Positions 57,841-64,000 of a DNA stretch of 64,000 nt are shown one piece after another. A program made the translations under genes and the position numbers. Below the pieces are notes generated by a model. That model saw only the letters and a list, made by a program, of their open reading frames with translations, did not search any database and was not told the DNA's origin. The stretch is from positions 141,932 to 205,931 of IMG/VR virus record IMGVR_UViG_3300002835_000007; one strand, written 5' to 3'. Every line of letters starts with the position of its first letter. Position 1 is the first letter of the stretch.

Positions 57841-59250
57841 ATGGCAAATAGAAATACTAGGTTTATACTAAAAAATAATGCAAATTCGTCAGCTCCTTTT
57901 TCTGGTGCTACGCTATATGCTGGTGAACCAATTGTTAATACCGCTGCTGGTATTATGATGTTATCTGGTGTAACTACTGGTACAAATGACTGGGTTCCAG
58001 CTGGTACTGGTGGTAACGCAAACTTTTTTGAAGTAGGTTCTAATCTTTATAATTTAAAAATTAGAAATCAGATTACATCATATGGTGGTCTTACTAACTT
58101 AACTGGTAAATTTTTATCTGGTACTACAAATGGTTTTGTTGTTGCTGATATTAGTACAATTTCTGGTGTTGATACTTACGTAACTGGATTAACTTACTCA
58201 AATAACATTTTAACCGTTAAACAAAACCAAGGTCAATCTGATTTATCGGTTCTTGTTAATACAATGACTGGGTTGACGGTTAATGGTACTCTATCTGCCA
58301 CTACATTAAATTTAACAAATGGTACTGTAAGTAGTGCTGCTAGTAGTGCTAATGATATCGTTAATTATAGTAGTTTAACTTCTTATACACAAAATAACGA
58401 CATTTATGTTACAGCTGGTACTATTTCTTATACTGGTCCTAGTGGTTCGTTACTATTGAATAGAAGAAATACAACAGACGTAACGATTACTGGGTTAAGC
58501 GACATTTATGTAACTGGTGGTACATTTAATGCTGGTACAATTACATTAACTAATAATAATAATAGTTCTTTTAGTGTTACTGGTTTAGCTACAACTGATA
58601 CATTTGTTACTGGATTTACTTATTCACCTACAACAAATACGTTTACAATTAAACAAAATCAAGGTCAAGCTGATTTACCAATTCAATTTACTACAGTTTC
58701 TGGTTTAACATTATCTAATTTAACAGCTGGTAGAGTTGTTTATGTTGGTACTAATGGTTTGTTAACAGACGAAGCTGGGTTTACTTACAACGCTTCTACA
58801 AATGCATTTAGTGTACCTTCTGATGGTTCAGTTAGTGTTGGTACTGGTGGGTTAAGTGTTGCTGGTGATGCAGTTGTTCAAGGTTCATTAACAGTATTTG
58901 GTCCTTCCATTTCAGCATTTACTAGTCAATTATATGTAGAAGATGATAACATCACACTTAACTATAACCCTACTGGAAATACTACGTCTACTTCGTTAGG
59001 TGCTGGTTGGACAATTCAAGATGGTTCTGGTATTGCAAACACAGCAACAACTTTAAATATTGGTTTATCATACACAAACGCTAATTTAAGCCCTAACACT
59101 GAATATACTTCTTCAACTGGTAATGCGAATAGAAACATATTCACACAAGTTGGTGATATTATAATTAGAAATACTAACTATGACAAAAACTCACCAAATG
59201 GTGTGAGAGTATTGGCTGAAAACGATGTTTTAGATGGCGGTACTTATTAA
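57841..59250 (+). CDS. fibre protein with Mtd-N/hyaluronidase-N-like N-terminus
   Basis: FILK..P..L.AGE..NTA.G; four VTG shaft modules; ends DGGTY; late motif 57817. Confidence 0.7.
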   Translation: MANRNTRFILKNNANSSAPFSGATLYAGEPIVNTAAGIMMLSGVTTGTNDWVPAGTGGNANFFEVGSNLYNLKIRNQITSYGGLTNLTGKFLSGTTNGFVVADISTISGVDTYVTGLTYSNNILTVKQNQGQSDLSVLVNTMTGLTVNGTLSATTLNLTNGTVSSAASSANDIVNYSSLTSYTQNNDIYVTAGTISYTGPSGSLLLNRRNTTDVTITGLSDIYVTGGTFNAGTITLTNNNNSSFSVTGLATTDTFVTGFTYSPTTNTFTIKQNQGQADLPIQFTTVSGLTLSNLTAGRVVYVGTNGLLTDEAGFTYNASTNAFSVPSDGSVSVGTGGLSVAGDAVVQGSLTVFGPSISAFTSQLYVEDDNITLNYNPTGNTTSTSLGAGWTIQDGSGIANTATTLNIGLSYTNANLSPNTEYTSSTGNANRNIFTQVGDIIIRNTNYDKNSPNGVRVLAENDVLDGGTY

Positions 59251-59279
59251 AAGATTTACTTTAAAAATATCATAATTAT

Positions 59280-59316
59280 AATATGCACAATTTAACGATT
59301 GTGCATATTTATTTTA
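59280..59316 (+). terminator. 12-bp hairpin terminator overlapping a late motif
   Basis: AATATGCACAAT-TTAACG-ATTGTGCATATT then TATTTT; ATATTTAT at 59305-59312. Confidence 0.6.
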
Positions 59317-59380
59317 TAGAGGTTACATAACCCATACACATAACTCTTTATAGAGATTTTTAAGACATACCATTATATAC

Positions 59381-61276
59381 ATGGCAAATAGAAATAATAC
59401 GTTTTTACTTAAACGTTCAAATGTTGCTGGAAAAGTACCAGCAGCTGGTGATTTAAGACTTGGTGAGTTAGCTATAAATACAGCTGACGGAATATTATAC
59501 GCTTCTGGAACGACAGCAAATTCAATCCTTCCAATAGGTTGGGATAGAGTTGCTAGGACTGGTGACACAATGACTGGTAGTTTATACGCACCTTCTATTT
59601 CTGCCACAACAATATCTGCTACTACATATCTTAACTTACCTTCATCAACGTTTACTGGTGGTACAGTAACTGGACCAACTAATTTTACAAACGGATTAAC
59701 AGCCAATACTATGAGTGCTACAACTTATTATGGTGATGGTTCTAATCTAACTGGTATATCGGCAGTAGCGACTGAATTCGTGGTTAATTGTCGTAACCAA
59801 AGTGGTTCAGATATGTATAGAGGTCAAGTAGTGTATATGAATGGGTCAACGGGGAATAAACCTACAATACTATTAGCACAAGCGAACTCTGAGATGACAT
59901 CAGCCAGAACATTTGGTGTGTTAAAAAATGATATTGCAAACAATGGTTTTGGTGATGTAGTAACAATTGGTTCAATAACTAATTTAGATACAAGAACTTC
60001 TGCAACACATCCATTCACAATAGATACTTTATCTGATGGACAAACAATTTATTTATCCCCAACTAATGCTGGTTATATTACAAATGTTAAACCATACGCA
60101 CCAAATCATTTAGTTTATATTGGTAAGGTAGTTAGAACTTCTCCAACTAATGGATATATAGAATATCAAATTCAAAATGGGTATGAATTAGATGAATTAC
60201 ACGATGTTAAAATAACTGGGGTAACATATGGTGATTTGTTAACATATTCAGCATATAATGGTAGTAATGTTTGGGTTAATAGTAAAACTCTTAATGGTTC
60301 TTATACTGTAACTGGTGATACAAGTGTTGGTGGTCAGATGAAAGCTACAACAGTTTCAGCTACAACATATTTTAATTTACCAATTGACATAAGAGTAACT
60401 GGGGGTACTTATAGTTCTGGAACTGCTACATTTACCAATAACACTGGTGGTACATTTACTGTAACTGGTTTCAGTACTGGTGGTGGTAGTACATTTAGTG
60501 GTGGGACTGTTACTGGTCCAACAACATTTACGAATGGTTTAACTGCAACAACTATTTCTGCTACTACATATTTTAATTTACCAATTGACATAAGAGTCAC
60601 TGGTGGTACTTATACTAGTGGTACCGCTACATTTACTAACAATACTGGTGGTACATTTACAGTAACTGGTTTCAGTACTGGTGGTGGTACTTTTACTGGT
60701 GGTACTGTAGCTGGAGCAACTTACTTCACTGGTGGTGTAAGTGCAAATACTTTAACAGCATCTGGAACTGGTCAAAATATTTTAACTGTTATTGGTTCTG
60801 GGAATAGTACGACATCACCTATATTTAGCGTTGTTGGTTCTCAAGGTGAGTTATTTAGTGTTACCGATTCATTAACTGGTTCATTATTTAGTGTCAACGA
60901 TATTTCTGGTTTACCAATTGTCGAGGTGTTCTCTGATAATACTATTTTAATGGGTAGTTATCAAGCACCTTCATTAAATACAACTGTAAAAGTAACACTT
61001 ACAGCTGGTACGAATACAGTTTATTCAATTCCAACAAGTGGTTATACTGGAGCATTCTTTGATTACACAGTGATAAGTTCAACTGGTGCTAGAGCTGGAA
61101 CAATTATGTCTATATGGAGTGGTACAACAGCACAATCTACTGATGTATCAACAAACGATATAGGAACAACAGCTGGTATTTCATTCTCAGTTGCAGTAGT
61201 TGGTAGTAATGCAGTGTTAAGTAGTTCAGCAACAACTGCTGGATGGACATTAAAAACAATTGTAAGAAGTATATAA
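59381..61276 (+). CDS. fibre protein with Mtd-N-like N-terminus and internal duplication
   Basis: LKRS...GKVP...L..GELAINTADG; central domain RGQVVY..A.A...FGV..G.V..G; VTGGTY modules. Confidence 0.75.
   Translation: MANRNNTFLLKRSNVAGKVPAAGDLRLGELAINTADGILYASGTTANSILPIGWDRVARTGDTMTGSLYAPSISATTISATTYLNLPSSTFTGGTVTGPTNFTNGLTANTMSATTYYGDGSNLTGISAVATEFVVNCRNQSGSDMYRGQVVYMNGSTGNKPTILLAQANSEMTSARTFGVLKNDIANNGFGDVVTIGSITNLDTRTSATHPFTIDTLSDGQTIYLSPTNAGYITNVKPYAPNHLVYIGKVVRTSPTNGYIEYQIQNGYELDELHDVKITGVTYGDLLTYSAYNGSNVWVNSKTLNGSYTVTGDTSVGGQMKATTVSATTYFNLPIDIRVTGGTYSSGTATFTNNTGGTFTVTGFSTGGGSTFSGGTVTGPTTFTNGLTATTISATTYFNLPIDIRVTGGTYTSGTATFTNNTGGTFTVTGFSTGGGTFTGGTVAGATYFTGGVSANTLTASGTGQNILTVIGSGNSTTSPIFSVVGSQGELFSVTDSLTGSLFSVNDISGLPIVEVFSDNTILMGSYQAPSLNTTVKVTLTAGTNTVYSIPTSGYTGAFFDYTVISSTGARAGTIMSIWSGTTAQSTDVSTNDIGTTAGISFSVAVVGSNAVLSSSATTAGWTLKTIVRSI
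60359..60715 (+). repeat. 201-nt-period direct duplication
   Basis: Units start at 60359 and 60560; long identical stretches (acatattttaatttaccaattgacataagagt). Confidence 0.85.
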
Positions 61277-61277
61277 C

Positions 61278-61973
61278 ATGGCATTTAGATATTCACCCAA
61301 AATAGTAACCGATGGTCTTATATTTAATGTAGACGCAGCTAATCCAAAATCATTTGTTAGTGGTGGTACAGTATGGAATGATTTAAGTAAATCTAGTGCT
61401 AAAGGTAGTTTAACAAACGGACCGACTTATAATTCAGCTAATGGTGGTAGTATAGTGTTTGATAATACTGATGATTTTATTGATTATGGTACAACTAATA
61501 TTATTTTACCAGTAAATATAACACTATCAGCTTGGATTTATCAAACAACTACAGCTGGTTATAAAAATATAATAACAAAGGAAGGTGCTACAAACGATTT
61601 AGATTATGGATTAACGACTTCTCCTAATGGTAATTTATATTTTTGGTTTCATAATGGTAGTTTTAGAATACATGAAACCACTACAAATATAATAAATTCA
61701 ATTAATACTTGGTATAATGTAGTTTCAGTATTTGATGATACTAATAATACTGTAAAAATGTATGTTAATGGTGTGTTAATATATAATCAACCAGAAAATA
61801 CTTCATTATTAGCACATTCTAATAGTAAATTATTTGTTGGTTGGAGAAATCAATTTATATCTGGTCAAGCGTTTAGTGGAAGAATTAGTCAAGTACAACT
61901 TTACAATAAAGCATTATCAGATTCTGAAGTTTTACAAAATTATAACACATTAAAATCAAGATTTGGGAAATAA
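61278..61973 (+). CDS. LamG/concanavalin-A-like protein 1
   Basis: GL...DA.N..S, W.DLS, NGG.IVFD, W.N.V, YNKALS..EVLQNYN. Confidence 0.85.
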   Translation: MAFRYSPKIVTDGLIFNVDAANPKSFVSGGTVWNDLSKSSAKGSLTNGPTYNSANGGSIVFDNTDDFIDYGTTNIILPVNITLSAWIYQTTTAGYKNIITKEGATNDLDYGLTTSPNGNLYFWFHNGSFRIHETTTNIINSINTWYNVVSVFDDTNNTVKMYVNGVLIYNQPENTSLLAHSNSKLFVGWRNQFISGQAFSGRISQVQLYNKALSDSEVLQNYNTLKSRFGK

Positions 61974-62638
61974 TGGCTGGAAGAATATCATATTACGGTG
62001 GAATAGTTAAAGATAGGTTAGTATTAGATTTAGATGCTGGTAAAAAAGCGTCTTATGTTAGTGGAAGTACAGCATGGAACGATATTAGCTACACAAATAA
62101 TAATTCTACATTGGTAAATAGTCCAGTGTTTAGTTCAAATAATGGTGGTACTATATTATTTGATGGTTTTGATGATTACGCAACAATTAATTCAGCAACA
62201 ACAATTAATTCAGCAACTGAGTTTACATTTAGTATTTGGGTTAAATCTAGTGTAATTGCTACTGAACAAATGTTATTTCAATGTGCTAATGCCTCTTTAA
62301 GTGGTTGGAATTTTGAAATTTATCAAAGTAAATTTTTACTTCAATGCTATCCTGGAGGTGGGTTTACACAAGCGACAACTGTAATGTCATCAAATGTTTG
62401 GTATAATCTAGTTGCTACATATAGTAATGGTAGTCAAGTATTTTATAATAATGGGTCTCAGAATGGTACCGCTAGTAGAACATTCACACCTTCATCAGCT
62501 CAAATAGTTATTGGTAAATGGATAAATCAACCATTACCATTAACTGGTAATATAGGTCAAATATTATTTTATAATAAAGCGTTATCAGCTACAGAAGTCT
62601 TACAAAACTATAATGCAACAAAAGGTAGATATTTATAA
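61973..62638 (+). CDS. LamG/concanavalin-A-like protein 2
   Basis: Paralogous to 61278; same terminal motifs. Confidence 0.85.
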   Translation: MAGRISYYGGIVKDRLVLDLDAGKKASYVSGSTAWNDISYTNNNSTLVNSPVFSSNNGGTILFDGFDDYATINSATTINSATEFTFSIWVKSSVIATEQMLFQCANASLSGWNFEIYQSKFLLQCYPGGGFTQATTVMSSNVWYNLVATYSNGSQVFYNNGSQNGTASRTFTPSSAQIVIGKWINQPLPLTGNIGQILFYNKALSATEVLQNYNATKGRYL

Positions 62639-62641
62639 ATT

Positions 62642-62914
62642 ATGGAAACAAATTTAAATGATTACGAAAACAGAAAATTCATGATATTTAATGTATCTGA
62701 ATTAGTACTTATTGATTTTACTCAAGTACAAGAAACATCAATTGATACAGTTAGAAAATCAATCGATGGTACCAAAACATTTGTTAAATGGGATTCAGTT
62801 GAAATACCTTCATCGGTATTAGATTTAACAACAAGTGAAGGACCATATACTTATGATGAAATATCAATAATATTAAATGGCCCAGAATGGACTGATGATA
62901 GACCAATGCCATGA
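62642..62914 (+). CDS. small acidic hypothetical protein
   Basis: 90 aa; own late motif at 62629-62637; ATGA overlap with the next gene. Confidence 0.7.
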   Translation: METNLNDYENRKFMIFNVSELVLIDFTQVQETSIDTVRKSIDGTKTFVKWDSVEIPSSVLDLTTSEGPYTYDEISIILNGPEWTDDRPMP

Positions 62915-63606
62915 GTACAGCTAAAAATTATAGAGGACCTAACATTATTAAAGATGGATTGGTGTTGTATTTAGATGTTGCTACTAATAATTCATATAAT
63001 AGATATATTTCAACTGCAACTTGGAGAGATATTTCTGGCAATGGAAATAATGGAACATTAGTAAATGGTCCTACATTTAGTAGTTCTAATGGTGGTAATA
63101 TAGTATTTGATGGTACAGATGACTACTTTAATATCGCTAATCAAATATCAGATGTTATGAACACAATCGATATTTGGCTTAATATGAAATCAACATCACC
63201 TTGCCCTATTTTATATTATGGTTTAGACTCATTTGATTCAAATGTTTGGACATGGGGTATTGCAGTGTTCCCTTCATCAACACATGGTTTTAATGAAGGA
63301 CCATTAAGTTACCCAACAACAAGTTTATATACTGATACAGTAGATTTAAACGTATGGAAAAATTTCACATTAGTCAGAAATGATAATGGTAATGTTAAAT
63401 TATATAAAAACGGTGTTTTAGTTGGTACTAAAGTTGGTGGTGGAACTACTAGTGTTAGAAATGTTAGCGATAGATTATATATCGGTAAAGCTGGGTCAAC
63501 ATATGGTAATTATAGTATAGGTTCTATTAAGATTTATAATAAAGCTTTAACAGCAACAGAAGTCTTGCAAAACTATAATGCAACAAAATCTAGATTTGGA
63601 TTATAG
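62911..63606 (+). CDS. LamG/concanavalin-A-like protein 3
   Basis: Paralogous to 61278 and 61973. Confidence 0.85.
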   Translation: MSTAKNYRGPNIIKDGLVLYLDVATNNSYNRYISTATWRDISGNGNNGTLVNGPTFSSSNGGNIVFDGTDDYFNIANQISDVMNTIDIWLNMKSTSPCPILYYGLDSFDSNVWTWGIAVFPSSTHGFNEGPLSYPTTSLYTDTVDLNVWKNFTLVRNDNGNVKLYKNGVLVGTKVGGGTTSVRNVSDRLYIGKAGSTYGNYSIGSIKIYNKALTATEVLQNYNATKSRFGL

Positions 63607-63671
63607 TTTATTTTAACAACTCAATATATTTATTATAAAATAACATTACTGGATAGGGAAAGTAAAAAATT

Positions 63672-64000
63672 ATGCCGAACGAATTTAACATTAAGAATGG
63701 ATTTATATCCAATTCAGACTCTAGAATTATTGGTGGGTTAACCGCAACTACAATATCAGCAACAACATTATTTGGTAATGGTAGTAACCTTACTGGAATA
63801 CCTTCATTTACTGGTGGAACTATTGCTGGTGCAACTAGATTCACTGGCGGTTTAACCGCAAACACAATATCAGCAACAACATATTTTAATTTACCAACAG
63901 ACGTAAGTGTAACTGGTGCTACTTATTCTAATAACACATTTACATATACCAATAACACTGGTGGTACATTCAGCACATTGTTTAATACAATGACTGGATT
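63672..64000 (+). CDS. partial fibre protein running off the window (not in ORF track)
   Basis: Manual translation MPNEFNIKNGF...TISATTYFNLPTDVSVTGATYSNNTFTYTNNTGGTF..., open to the end; late motif 63626. Confidence 0.8.
   Translation, partial: MPNEFNIKNGFISNSDSRIIGGLTATTISATTLFGNGSNLTGIPSFTGGTIAGATRFTGGLTANTISATTYFNLPTDVSVTGATYSNNTFTYTNNTGGTFSTLFNTMTG

Noticed and set aside
59381-63606. Diversity-generating retroelement (Mtd-like N-terminus, repeated segments)
   Set aside because: No reverse transcriptase and no non-coding template repeat; differences between repeats are not adenine-specific.
4434-63865. Antisense or overlapping short ORFs in the track (e.g. 4434, 5678, 7051, 8368, 10546, 13584, 24130, 29849, 48932, 50270, 53919, 54693, 59323, 63608)
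   Set aside because: They shadow well-supported genes on the other strand or frame and have no motifs or promoters of their own.
1-64000. Stop-codon reassignment as in some jumbo phages
   Set aside because: Long uninterrupted ORFs in code 11; TAG (63606) and TGA (11723, 62914) terminate genes at sensible ends.
1-64000. tRNA, tmRNA or rRNA genes
   Set aside because: Only four intergenic gaps exceed ~100 nt, and none shows a cloverleaf or T-loop GTTCRA consensus.

Overview
AT-rich, gene-dense segment of a large tailed dsDNA bacteriophage (T4-like myovirus or jumbo-phage architecture; inferred from the protein families). It uses the standard genetic code, with TAA, TAG and TGA all serving as stops. 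There are four strand blocks. (1) Minus strand, 13-34769: baseplate/structural genes, a gp55-like sigma factor, PhoH, dUTPase and a ~24 kb glycan-biosynthesis island. The island holds about 13 glycosyltransferase-like genes, two nucleotidyltransferase fusions, two cupins, HAD phosphatases, a GatZ/KbaZ-like enzyme, two methyltransferases, an SGNH protein and a GDPD-like protein. An operon of probable internal-head proteins, including a WYL-like protein, ends the block. (2) Plus strand, 34830-51311: giant fibre/adhesin genes and a family-B DNA polymerase. (3) Minus strand, 51348-54631: neck protein, glutaredoxin and SNF2 helicase. (4) Plus strand, 54742 to the end: head-tail joining proteins, more modular fibres and three LamG paralogues. 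Two promoter classes are readable in the sequence: host-sigma-type TTGAnn-N17-TAnATT, and a late-type ATATTTAT motif in front of about 16 mostly structural genes. Shine-Dalgarno sites are essentially absent, which hints at a Bacteroidota-like host. The best candidates for new biology are a phage-encoded capsule-like glycosylation system paired with Ser/Thr-rich fibres, and a structured 5' leader RNA whose transcript ends are complementary (264-1133 gene). No tRNA, rRNA, CRISPR array, intein, intron or transposase was found. All family calls come from motif recognition; no database search was run.
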